A stretch of 62,909 nt of DNA, counting the filler, from Guillardia theta CCMP2712 (lineage: Eukaryota > Protista > Cryptophyta), in NCBI RefSeq assembly GCF_000315625.1. It is 3 parts of 3 records of this genome, joined end to end, with 100 filler letters (N's around TTAATTAATTAA, not from the genome) between each part and the next. Parts side by side here need not be neighbours in the genome. Positions count along the whole stretch, not along the records: positions 1 to 31,498 come from NW_005434621.1; 2 more parts are not named here. The stretch is one strand, 5' to 3'. The position numbers were made by a program, and so were the translations under genes. Shown piece after piece: positions 1 to 11,357 of the stretch; position 1 is the stretch's first letter; each line of letters opens with the position of its first letter. The notes beneath the pieces are model-generated. The model did no database searches and had not been told where the DNA came from. It was given only the letters and a program-made list of their open reading frames with translations.

Positions 1-187
1 TGACAATCATCAGAGAAGGAGAGGAGGGAGAAGAAGAGGGAAAGAAAGAGCCGAGCAAGAGATTGAGGAGAGGAGGGAGGAGGAGCAGGATGAAGACGAA
101 GAGGAAGGTGGCAAGGAGGGAGTTGAGGGGCTGCAAAGGAGAAGATGAAGATGAAGGAAAGGGAGAGCGGAACAGGGAGCCACATAC

Positions 188-1867
188 CAGACTAACATGG
201 AAACTCGTCCGCTTTCTCATGAGAGACAGAGTCAAGGTCGTTCCCTAGAGCGAGGAGCAGCCCCGTCAGCAAGGGGAGGGCAGCAGGTAGCAGCAAGTGA
301 AGATCACATGCTCCCCCTTGATCTTCTTGGCGATGTCCTGCAAGCTCGTCCTATCGCCAATGGCGAGGCGGGATCCGTCGCTTTCCACCGCCACAAGCTT
401 GTCCATGGTCTTGATCCTCCCGTCCTGCCGTCCGATCAGTCTCGCTGGAGGACAGGGAACAGAAGAGGGAAAGAGCGGGAACAGGAGAGAGAGCGGGAGC
501 GGGAGCGGGAGCGGGAGAGAGAGGGGCAGAGCGAAGGAAGGAGAGTGGGAAGGGGGGGGGGGGGGGGGAAAAAAGAAATAAAGGGAGAGGTAAAAGAAGG
601 GGGACCCAGCGGGAAAAATACAGGAAGAAAGGGGAAATAAAGGATACCCGGGCAACAGGCCCCCCCCTTTGGGATCTCCCCCGACCCCCTAACAACTTCT
701 TGGGGGGAATAAGCAGCAATCCCACCCCTTCAAGACAGTCATCGTTCAAGCCTCCTCTTCCTCCTCCTCTCCCCTGCATCTCCACCGGCCTGCCGTTTTG
801 TCTCTCTCTCCCTCTCTCTACCCTCCGTCAGGCTTCCTCTCCACTCCCTTCCTCTCCCTTCCTCTCTCTCTCTCCTCCTCCTCCTCCTCCTCCTCCTCCT
901 CCTCCTCCCTACCGCACGTGACGGTTGGCTGGTCAATCGAGCTTCTGTCGTGGACTCTGTCTATCTCCAAGTGCTCGAGCCCTTTGCTGATCCTCTCACA
1001 CGTGCTCTTGTCCAGCCCGAACGCCTGCAGGTGCGTCTGCTGCTTCGCCAGCTCGTGCAGCCCTCGGACGTTGCCGAGCAGCAGCAGCTCTAGAGCCTGA
1101 GCGCAGTGGTGCCGCTGCAGGAAGTGCTTGAGCGCCGCCATCTGCCTCTCTGCCTGCACTATCGGCATGGACGAAAGGATCTGGAGCATGTAGATGAGGA
1201 GAGCACGAGGGGAGGGGGAGGGGAGGAGGGGGACAAGAGCAAGACAAGGGAGAGGAGGGGAGCGAGAGGAGCAGGAGGACAAGGGAGGGTTGCGAACATC
1301 TTTCATGCCTTCTCTGCGTCTTCCGGTGGGATATCCAACTTCGCGAAGTCATGCTTCGTCATCTTGTGGAGCACGGAAGAGTTGTTCCATGAAGCCTGCA
1401 CAACAGTCTTCACCTCCTCGCAGTCACTTTCATCTCTACTCAGTCACCCCTCTCTCATTCACTCCCTCCTGAGTTTCCCTTCTCCCTTCGCCCATCTCCT
1501 CGTGCTCCTCTTGATCCTCCTGCTCCTCGTCCTCGTCCTCGTCCTCCTCGTCATTCTCCTTCCCTTAGAATCCTTTCAACCCCCCCTCCTCCATACTTGC
1601 TGTTTTCCTTCTCCCTCCCCTCCTACTCACCCCGACAAGGCGCTGAAAGTGTTTCTCCATTCCGATTTGCGACAGAAAGGACTTTACATCCATCCCAATG
1701 TCTGACACAGTCTCCTCTTGCTCCGAATTTGCTGGCTCGTTGCTCCTCTCCTCCTCTGCAACTGGGGCTGCTTCTGCTGGTCCATCCTCTTCCTCCGCAT
1801 CCGGAGGAGGGGTTGTCACCTGCTCCCAGTCACTTCCCACTGCCTCCTCCTCCCCCCCCCCCCCCAT
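188..1867 (-). CDS. Tandem SAM + PDZ domain protein (partial; 5' end in/near the gap, 3' end probably beyond the window start)
   Basis: Spliced exons give SAM1 (DVKSFLSQIGMEKHFQRLV..ASWNNSSVLHKMTKHDFAKLDIPPEDAEKILSSM), SAM2 (ALKHFLQRHHCAQALELLLLGNVRGLHELAKQQTHLQAFGLDKSTCERISKGL) and a PDZ-like segment (GRQDGRIKTMDKLVAVE..SLQDIAKKIKGEH|GTTLTLSLMRK). Confidence 0.65.
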
Positions 1868-2857
1868 CCTTGAAAAATGTTATTTATCCTAGATGAGAGG
1901 AGGAGNNNNNNNNNNNNNNNNNNNNNNNNNNNNNNNNNNNNNNNNNNNNNNNNNNNNNNNNNNNNNNNNNNNNNNNNNNNNNNNNNNNNNNNNNNNNNNN
2001 NNNNNNNNNNNNNNNNNNNNNNNNNNNNNNNNNNNNNNNNNNNNNNNNNNNNNNNNNNNNNNNNNNNNNNNNNNNNAAAGGATTCTAAGGGGAGGAGGAT
2101 GACGAGGAGGACGAGGAGGAGGAGGAGGAGGACGACGAGCTTGAGGTAACGAGGGGTGGGGGCTTAAAATGAATTGGTAATGTTGGTGCGACGTGGCATG
2201 CCCGTGCTTGCGTTGGTGCATTTGTTGCTCCAACCTCAACCATCTTGCGAGTGGAAGCGAAAAATGTTAAGAAGCATTTACTGAGTTTTCGCTTTTCTAC
2301 TTCTTTGATCTTTAAAACTCTCAACAGCGAGATTTTCATCTCATTCCCCGACCGAGGACGTCATGGTTTTAGACCGAGTCAGGCCAAGGCAGTTGTGCAT
2401 GGGCGAGCTAGTAAACCTCTTCTTCTACTTGCCTTCTTGGGTGTTGAGAGATTAGACAGTAACACAATGAAAAATATGGGCTGGATGATCTGATACACTG
2501 AAAAACATTGGCTGGATGAACAGCGCACTTTGCTGCTGTGAAGCAAGATGTTCTGTCATCACAGTCATCACANNNNNNNNNNNNNNNNNNNNNNNNNNNN
2601 NNNNNNNNNNNNNNNNNNNNNNNNNNNNNNNNNNNNNNNNNNNNNNNNNNNNNNNNNNNNNNNNNNNNNNNNGAGGAGGAGGAGGAGGAGGAGGAGGAGG
2701 AGGAGGAGGAGGAGGAGGAGGAGGAGGAGGAGCAAGAGGAAACGAGGGGTGGGGGGTTGAAGGGAGGACGTAAGGAGGGTGAAAGGAGGGTTGACGGAGG
2801 TGGTGTTGGTGAGAGGAGGAGGAGGAGGAGGAGGAGGAGAGTTAGAACATCCCGGAC

Positions 2858-4718
2858 CTGAAGCCCAGCAGGAAGCTCAGGAGAGCTGGAGAAGGTGAAG
2901 GGCCCGCTTCCTGTGAACGTCGCCTGCATGCCATCCATTCCCACGTTCCTGACCAGCATCACCTCGGCTTGCGGGAAGCTCAAGGCCTCTGGGGGACGCA
3001 AGACTGAGATGAGCATGTCGCATCCTATCCGCCCTCCCTCGGAGGAGGCGAAGATCGTGCAGCAGTGCTCGGTCACGTCCTGCACTGGAGTCCCCGAGAT
3101 CGTTCCTGTGCTGGGGTCCAGCTGAAGGCCGGGAGGGAGCCCGGGGTCCGAGGAGAAGGTGAACGGGCCGGAGCCGTCCACCTCCTTTACCTCATTGGGT
3201 GTGATGGCCTCTCCCAGCTTGTACTGCAGCTGATGACCGAGCTGGTACACGAAGGTGCTGGGCTCCTGCAGGACCAGGATCTTGACTTGAGAGTTGACCC
3301 TCATCCCGCACACGTTGTGCGCCGTGATGTGGAGGACATGGTCGCCCGGCGCCGACGGGCTGCCGGAGATCAGTCCGGTCTTGGGACAGACGGTGAGCCC
3401 ACCGGGGACTTCAGTACAGGAGTACTGGACCGGGAGGGCCTCCAGGGGCCTCAGCTGAGCCTGGAGGTCGGCGATCCTCTTCCCCGCTATGACCTTGATT
3501 GCCTGAGGCTCATAGATGAGGGAGGAGGGGGGGATCGTGTATGCAACTCTCAGTGGATGGTCGCCGGGGATACGGCTCAAGGGGACGGCCCGGAGGACCG
3601 TGAGGGTGACGCGGCCATTCTGGGCCGATGGCAGCAAGCAGGCATGAGCCTTCTGCTTGCTCTCATCGCTAATCCTCTTCCACTCCGCCGTCTTCGAGAT
3701 CAGAGCTGCAGCAAAGACTGAGCACACAGGCAGCACGGGGCATGCAGACGTCATGAGGAATTTGAGAGGAAGGGAGGAGGAGGAGGAGGAGGAGGAAGAG
3801 GAGGAGGAGGAGGAGGAGGAGGAGGAGGATGGGGTGGAAGGCTAGTCTCACCGTTGATCCCCGTTTTCTCTGGGTCCTTGATCTTGGAGTCGGAAGCATA
3901 TCCGATGATGATGTCGTCTACCCGCAAACCCGCCCTGCTGGCCACTCCATCCACGTGGCACACAGGGACCCCTCCCTGCTCCAAGACCTTGACGGACTTG
4001 GCAGTGAAAGACTCCATGATGCTGGGATAGCAGGCCCTGACCGCCTGGACGAGCTGCTGGTCCGAAGAGGACTTGAACTTCTTCTTCAGCTCACCGATGG
4101 TCTGGTCGTGAAGGGTGAAGCCCATGGACAGGAGCTTACCAGCTGCATCCCTGGCAGTAGGGATGGACAAGGTGAGCGGGCAGATGACGTGCGCGGGGAT
4201 GAAGGACTTGGATTGATGCCAGCTGATCTCGAGGTGAATCTCACCCTTCTGCTCGCCCTTTTGGATGTACAGCGGATGCCACCTGTCGTCTTTCCCGTTG
4301 ACAAGCACGTCATGCAGGCAGATCCATGTGTCGCAGATGAAGCTGTCCGACATGTGCTTGTTCTCGTCCCAAAGGCTCACGTACAGGTGGTCGACCCCAG
4401 GGAGCAAGGAAGCTTCGTACACTGCCTCCTCTGCCCCGGCCCACTTTGGATCCTTGCCTCCATCTGTGTTGCAGGGGCTCTTCCACTCCTCCAGCAAGAT
4501 TCGGGTCTCCCCTGCAAACCTGTGCTGCCGCATGGACGCCAATGGGGCCGTTCCATGCACAACGGACGCATCCTGCCAGGTTGAGGTGAACCAACATCGC
4601 AACATGCGAGCGCTGGATGTACCAGTCCAGGAGCGCACTTGATGTAAGGGTCTTGTTTGCCGATCATCTGAACGCTCTTCAACCCTCTGGCTTCGACGAA
4701 CTTGATTCGCAGCGCCAT
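2858..4718 (-). CDS. C2 + PDZ + putative Ig (He_PIG/cadherin-like) repeat protein; 3' end lost in the 2573-2672 gap
   Basis: C2: MALRIKFVEARGLKSVQMIGKQDPYIK|F..DGGKDPKW..LYVSLWDENKHMSDSFIC..WHPL..GEIHLEISW. PDZ-like: VCHVDGVASRAGLRVDDIIIGY. He_PIG repeats: VPGGLTVCPKTGLISGSP, LPPGLQLDPSTGTISGTP, PELPAGLQ. Confidence 0.75.
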
Positions 4719-5237
4719 CTGTGCTCAGATCAATTCGCTCCGCGCCCCTTGATTGGTGACTCTCCTCTTTCTCTCGAAACGACAAAGCCTACCGCCCTCA
4801 AAGTTCTTCTGCTTCAAAACTTTCTGAATAGGATCTCGGCGTTGAATTTAGTTGCTCCTTCCTCTCCTTTCTCCTCGTCATTCACCCATCTTTGAATTTA
4901 TCCCACTGCATTTGATTAACACTCCGTGAAGTACCTCGTAAAGACATTTCTTCTTTCCTCCCAGTTCGTACACTATTTCCGTTCGGAACTCCTCTTGCCT
5001 CGGATCTCCTGCCTCTTCTTCCTCCCTCCCTGCCTCCCTGCCTCCCTTCCTCCTCCTCCTCCTCCTCGCTAACTTGCCCGTTCCTTCGCTTCGTTGCACC
5101 CAGCACAGAAAGGACGCCCTACGGACTGATGATGACCCCCACCCCCATCTCGATTTATATTTGGACCCGTAGTGATAATCCATTTTAGTGCCAACCGTAC
5201 CGGTGCTCAAGAACTCGGAAGTTGACATGACGTCGGA

Positions 5238-5495
5238 TGGACCCGGCGGCCCGGCCCGCCCGGCCGCCGCCGCCCGCCCGGCCCTCTGCCGTCCTTTACT
5301 CAAAGTTAAGTTAAAAATCAGTACGAGGACAATAATCATCGGAGAGTCGGAGGAGGCTTGACCCTGACACCGTCAGACTGGTGCCAGTGGAGCCGTGCAG
5401 TGCCAGGCGGCGGCGCGGGCCGGGGCCCGGCGCCCGTCACCCGACGGCGGCCCCCGGGAAACGGCGGGGCGCGGCCCGGCGGGGCGGGGGGCAAC
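5238..5495. repeat. GC-rich CCGG/GGCCC-dense intergenic island
   Basis: Runs such as ccggcggcccggcccgcccggccgccgccgcccgcccggccc; similar composition at 47085-47475. Confidence 0.55.
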
Positions 5496-5629
5496 TTACT
5501 GAGGTCTTGGAGGCAGCAGAGTCTCACTAAGAAAAGTCTCGAGCTTCACGTGCTGCCCTTGTGCGATGGAGGCCGCCAGACAAGAAAAAAAGACAAGATC
5601 GTTCTTTATAACGATTCTTCGAAGAATTT

Positions 5630-6235
5630 TTAATAGGTAGGGTACCCACTGGTACCCTACAAAGATCGTATTGTGGGGTATTTTATACCCCTCCATCTCC
5701 GCAAACTTCTGTCCATCAAGGGTAGGTGGTATGAATGGGGAGAACGATCGAAGCAGGAGGACTACGAGAGGTGGGTACTTCAAATATAGAAAAGGGGGGT
5801 ACTTTTGACCAGACTACTACCAGAATATTCCTTCGAAGCGACCCTAGCCCACGTGCCCTGTACCCCCCCCCAGCGACGAATGTACCCTACCCCATGTATT
5901 CTTATGTGTACCCCTGGAGTTGTCCTTACGTACCCCCATCAGGTGGATTCTCTCACCCAACTTTCAAATTGATCGTAGTACCCCCTTTTACTCAGGAAAT
6001 AAAATAGCCAAGGACCCCTAAAAATCATATCCACCCGTACTGTATAGTGTGTAGGGGTGTTTTGTTGGAGTACCACCCTGGTGTTTACAGAACGCACCCG
6101 TCTTTGACACTACCACTACCCCCAATTCCATCGATTCTCCACTGTTCTACACAACTAGCACCCTACCCCCTATTTATGTGAAGAAACGTCTCCAAACAAC
6201 CCCCGTTCCAAATCCTGTTGACCCCCTACGATCCG
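5630..6235. repeat. Degenerate GGGTA/TACCC-rich intergenic block
   Basis: Many GGGTA/TACCC words; G-version dominates the left part and C-version the right part. Lies between divergent genes. Confidence 0.65.
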
Positions 6236-6560
6236 CCGCAATGGGGGGCGGGAGGGCATGGAGAGGAGACGAGCGAAAGTGGGAGGCAGAGATAAAAGAT
6301 AAGGGGCATGAGCTGCAGCAGCTGTGTAGACTTGCAGTCAAGGTAGAATCTTGCCATGACAGGTCCAAATTAGGTCCACTGATTATGATATTGGTTTCGA
6401 GCGCGCAAAGAGCGTGCGCAGGATTTTGTATCGGACAAAGAGGTTCGAAGGGATGGTCTCTTTGTCCAAAGTATACTCTCATCAAGCTTGATCGAGAATC
6501 CTTGATTAGATGACAGCTGGCTGATTGATCTGCATGTGACCAACCTTGGTTTGCAGACCA

Positions 6561-9409
6561 ATGTGGTTGGCCAAGACCCTAATCGGCGCATGCGTGCTTG
6601 CAAGCACGTGTTCGGCATTCATGCCAACTGGAAGCAAAATGTTGCATCTTCGCTCTCCTGGTAAATGATCGATCTTTTGTAACTTTGCAAGAGACGGGGG
6701 ATTGATGTCGACCGCACCGCTCGTTCGCTCACTTTTGAACAGGCCGTCTGTCGTCAAGATGTAGGATATCACAGCGGTTGCCTGCCCTGAAGCTCCCTAA
6801 GGTATGTCGAACGTTGATTTTTGCTCGTATGACAAATCTGCAGGGGCGAGCAAGTGGATTGCGCATGACGACAGTGGCACCCGAGACCTTCGAGTTCCAG
6901 GTGTTGTTGCTTCTTACAACATTGACCTGGTTTTGACATGGTGTTTTTGCCAGGCCGAGGTCTCGCGGGTGATGGACATCATCATCAACTCGCTCTACAG
7001 TGACAAAGACGTCTTCCTGCGTGAGCTTGTGGGTTCATGCGAAGTGTTTTGGACATAATGTCTCTTACTCCTCCATCTTGGCAAGGTCTCCAATGCTGCC
7101 GATGCTTGTGACAAGAAGCGATTCCTTGCGATCACCGAGAACAAGGTTCTGATCTGTGCATAGCATGATGGCTGAATGACAAGAGTCGAAACAGGGCTCT
7201 GCTGATAATCTTGAGATCAGGATTCAAGCTGACAAAGAGCAGAAGAAGGTGAATTAGTCAAGAAATCCTGTAGGGATTGGTTGATGTTGCGATGGCACAG
7301 TTGATTATCGAAGACTCTGGTGTGGGAATGACAAAAGATGAATTGATCAACAACTTGGGGCGTATTGCTCAGTCTGGAACAAAGCAATTTGCTGAAATGT
7401 TGAAGGTGATATATGCCACATTTGCTCTGTTTCTTTTGACCTTGAAAGTTCAGGCCAAGGAGAAGAATAAGGGTGACAGTGCAGCGAATCTTATTGGACA
7501 ATTTGGTGTCGGCTTCTATTCAGGTCTACTTTTCCTTGATGCTTAAGAGACCTCTAAAACCGTTACATCAGGCTTCTTGGTTGCCAATAAGATGACAGTG
7601 ATTAGTAAGGGCCTCAATGACGAGCAAGGAAGGTCATACAGGTAGCTGTGGAAGATGTGTAGGATGCGAGCTGATACATCCTTTATAAGATGGGAGTCAG
7701 AAGCTGGAAGCTCTTACACAATATCAGAGGTTGAGGGGGAAAGCGGCATCGAAGGGAACTCAGGGACCCGCATCGAGCTCACCCTGCGGGAGGACGCCGA
7801 CGAGTACCTGGATGACATGAAGATTAAAGCCCTCGTGCAGAGGTACTCCGAGTTTATCAACTTCCCGATCAAGGTACCATCGAAGCTTGCCGTTGAATCG
7901 CGCGTTGACGGGGCTCTTGACAGGTTTTCACCACCAAGACTACCTACGAGCAGGTTGAAGATGAAGAAGCCAACAAAGATCTCAAGGAGGGCGAAACCCC
8001 CAAGAAGAAGACCATCCCCGTCACGAAGCAGGAGTGGGAAGTCCAGAACAAGCAGCAGCCCCTTTGGATGCGCCCACCTTCTCAGGTCACGGCAGAGCAA
8101 TACGAGGAGTTTTACAAGAGCACATTCAAGGCCTTCGATAAGCCTCTTACCCTCTCTCACTTCTCCCTTGAAGGTCAGGTTGAATTTCGTGCTCTGCTTT
8201 ATGTTCCTAGCATGTTGCCATTCGAGCTCGGGAGCAACATGTTTGATGAAAACGCGGGCAACATGCGCTTGTACGTGAAGAGAGTGTTCATCAACGACAA
8301 GTTCACTGAGCTCTGCCCTCGCTGGCTCAAGTTTGTGAAGGGCGTCATCGACTCGGAGGACCTCCCCTTGAACGTTGGACGTGAAATCTTGCAGAAATCT
8401 TCGGTCTTGAGAGTAGTGTCTCGAAGGATCGTGAAGAAGTCACTTGACATGTTCAATGACATCAAGGGCAAGGGTGGAGAAGACTGGGACACCTTCCAGA
8501 AGCAATTCGGCAAGTACCTCAAGGTTGGTGTGATCGAGGACAACGAGCACAGGAAAGACATCGGGGAGCTGATTACTTTCGGATCGTCTGCATCCAAGGG
8601 AAATCTCACCACCTTGGGCGAGTACGTGTCTAGGATGAAGGAAGGTCAGCAGTACATCTACTACGTGTCGGGGGATGGAAGGGCTCAGTGTGAAATGTCT
8701 CCTGCGCTGGAGAAGGTGAAGAGCAATGGGTATGAAGTGATGTACTGCGTCGAGCCCCTCGATGAGCTCTGCATGATGGAGCTGAAGGAGGTGGACGGCC
8801 CGGAAGACAAGAAGATCGAGATCATCGACCTTGGGCGAGACACGGTGAAGGGCATCGACGACAGCGAAGACAAGAAGGAGGAGAAACAGGAGAAGGAGAA
8901 GAGCTTTGATCAAGTCCTCAAGTTCCTCACGGACACTCTCGGTCAGAAGCGCGTGTCTAAGGTCGAGATCAGCTTGTCTTTGTCAGATAGCCCGTCTACG
9001 CTAGCCCAGGCACAATACGGCATGTCGCCCCAGATGCAGAAGTACATGAAGGCAAGAGCCGTTGCCATGGGGGAGGAGGCAGACTGGAGCGGAAACTCCG
9101 GTCAGGCCGCCATCCTTCAGGTCAACCCGAACCACCCCATCCTCATCTCTCTCAAGGACAAGGTACGTAGCTCCTTGGATCAGCCGCTCCTCTCCCTTGT
9201 CGTTGACTCATGCGTGTAGTTGGACGCCGGAGAGCCAGGCGAGGACGAGAAGAGGGTTGCAAGTCTCTTGTAAGCCGTTGTTGCTCCCGCAGAGGCGACG
9301 GGCTGACCTTGTGACCTGCAGGTTCCACGTGGCGCAGCTAAGAGGAGGATACGACATCACGGAGGGAGACAAGTTTGCCTCGCTGGTGACAGAGCTTCTC
9401 GCCAAGTGA
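6561..9409 (+). CDS. HSP90: Plastid-targeted HSP90 chaperone (multi-exon)
   Basis: [29 protein letters not shown]|[72 protein letters not shown]-terminus [22 protein letters not shown] (signal peptide, F at +1, then transit peptide). No MEEVD or KDEL at the end. Confidence 0.95.
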
Positions 9410-9660
9410 AGGGATCAAGTCGCCGCTGTAGTAAAACATCAAAAATGCCGCACGAGCGCGCTGCCTCATCCTCCTCACTCCGACCTCAGATGCGCTCCAA
9501 TCCTTCCACGCTCTTCTTTGCTTGCTGAAACTCGATGTGTCCTTGAACGAGCTGAGATGAGCTGACGAGACGTGTTTGAATCGAGTGACTTAGTCAGTAG
9601 GGTGAATGACGGCAGCCGGCAGTAGGTCATTCAATATACTGCCATTCATTTGATTACGAG

Positions 9661-9718
<58 letters not shown>

Positions 9719-9735
9719 CTCTCGATTCCATATCA

Positions 9736-9784
<49 letters not shown>

Positions 9785-9790
9785 CCTGCT

Positions 9791-9835
<45 letters not shown>

Positions 9836-9852
9836 TCTGCTCCTGCTCCTCC
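9661..9852. repeat. (CTG)n followed by (CTCCTG)n microsatellites
   Basis: Direct tandem arrays visible in the sequence. Confidence 0.9.
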
Positions 9853-9909
9853 TTATTCACTCGATCTCATATCGTCTCCCCTGATCCTTGTTTGTCGGGG
9901 AGCTTGTCA

Positions 9910-10065
9910 GAAGTACCCCCACTACCCCCACTTTACCCTTCCTCTACCCCACCAGTCTCCTTTTCATCACCCCCAGTAGAAAGACCCGCGCTTGCGACTG
10001 CCACTACCCCCACCGTTTACACCATGTACCTCCACCCCCTACTTTGTATGCAGACTACCCCCACC
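9910..10065. repeat. TACCCC-rich short block
   Basis: gtaccccc actaccccca, ctacccc, ctacccccac, gactacccc clustered in about 150 bp. Confidence 0.55.
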
Positions 10066-10261
10066 ATTGACCGGCCTCCGCCGCACGTGACACGCATGCT
10101 TTGGCGCCATGGCGGTTCCCGCCCTGGGGCATGCCGCGCATGCGCGATCCTTGCTTCCTCCGGCTCCCTTCTCCTGCTTCTGCTGCTTCCTGATACTCCA
10201 CTCTGACTGATATCAGCGCCTTCCTCCTCACGGACAGCCTCTTGTGCCTCCTACATTATTC

Positions 10262-10680
10262 TCAGCACCCCCCTTGCCATATTCGGAATGCTGCTTTGAT
10301 ATGAGTTTGCTCTGCACACTCTCGCAGGAGTGCCATGTCCTGTCTCTTGCTCATCAACAATTCATGCTTCGAGAAATAGTCAGCACGCTGCCTTCTCTCC
10401 TCTGCTTTCATCCCTGTGAACATAGCGAGTGCAAAACTGCTTGTTTCGTCTTCACGTGCGCTACGATGGTCTTGCTCTTCATAGAGATAGGAGAACAAAG
10501 ATTCCGAGCAGGAGTGAGAGGACGGCGCTGTTTCATCTAGTCTCGTTTTACATCTTTGTAAGCTTGATTCTTGCCCGTTTGCGAGAATCAGCGTTGCCCG
10601 CGTCCCAGATGTTTGTGTTGTGTTGAGACCCTTGCGGTCCTCGTGTTCGTCATAAGCTTGACATGTCTCGATGCATTCTG
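10262..10680 (-). CDS. Probable exon of a hypothetical protein (gene may span about 9480-11280)
   Basis: Open frame ETCQAYDEHEDRKG...EERRQRADYFSKHELLMSKRQDMALLRECAEQTHIKAAFRIW; no recognisable domain. Confidence 0.3.
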
Positions 10681-11357
10681 ATGATTGTTAGATCCATTTG
10701 CTCAATTTCGAAAGTTAGCGATATTTCTGTGGGATCTGACATGTAACATGACAGCGGGAACTGGGGGAGAGCAGCGTCGTCACGCATTCGGCTACCAGTT
10801 GAGGGAGAGCAAGGTTTGGACTTGAGCTCAGGGCATCTGTGGTTGTTGCGAAGAGAAGACGTGGATGGTAGCACTGGAAGGTTGAGAGCTCGAAAGAGAA
10901 GTGAATGCTGTGAAGAAGAGGAATGGGGGGAAAGATCGCAGCTGACGCGGCTTGAGGGACTTGCTGGTCAGAAAACCTCAGGGAGCGAGGGGAGGGGAGG
11001 AAAAAGAACGCGGGAGGAAGAAGCAAAGACTAGTTGGCCACAGACCGAGGATGGAGGTGAGGATGAGTCCATACTACCTCCTCTCAGCAATCTTCTCCTC
11101 TTCTTCTCCCTCCTCATTCCTCTCCCTGCCCTGCTCTCCCCCTGCTGCTGTCGCTGTCACTGACCACTCCTCGTTCCTCAGCGACACGGAGAAGCGCTCA
11201 CGGAGATCCGGCAGCCTCCGCTTGCTTCTCCGCAGAAGCGAACCAAGCTTGACATCTTCGGGTCTGACAACAGCGTGAAGGCGTCGTCATGGCATGGTGA
11301 GGTGGTAGGAGGAAGGGAGCGAGGCAGTAACGCGAGCCGCGTTCAGGCTTCTCTCTG

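Noticed and set aside
5630-6235. CRISPR array, true telomere or autonomous transposon
   Set aside because: No exact repeat-spacer periodicity, no perfect tandem telomeric array, and no transposase or reverse transcriptase ORF seen in the window.
9650-9979. Poly-L/PA, poly-M, poly-E and ISYH-repeat ORFs throughout the window
   Set aside because: Translations of intronic or intergenic microsatellites.
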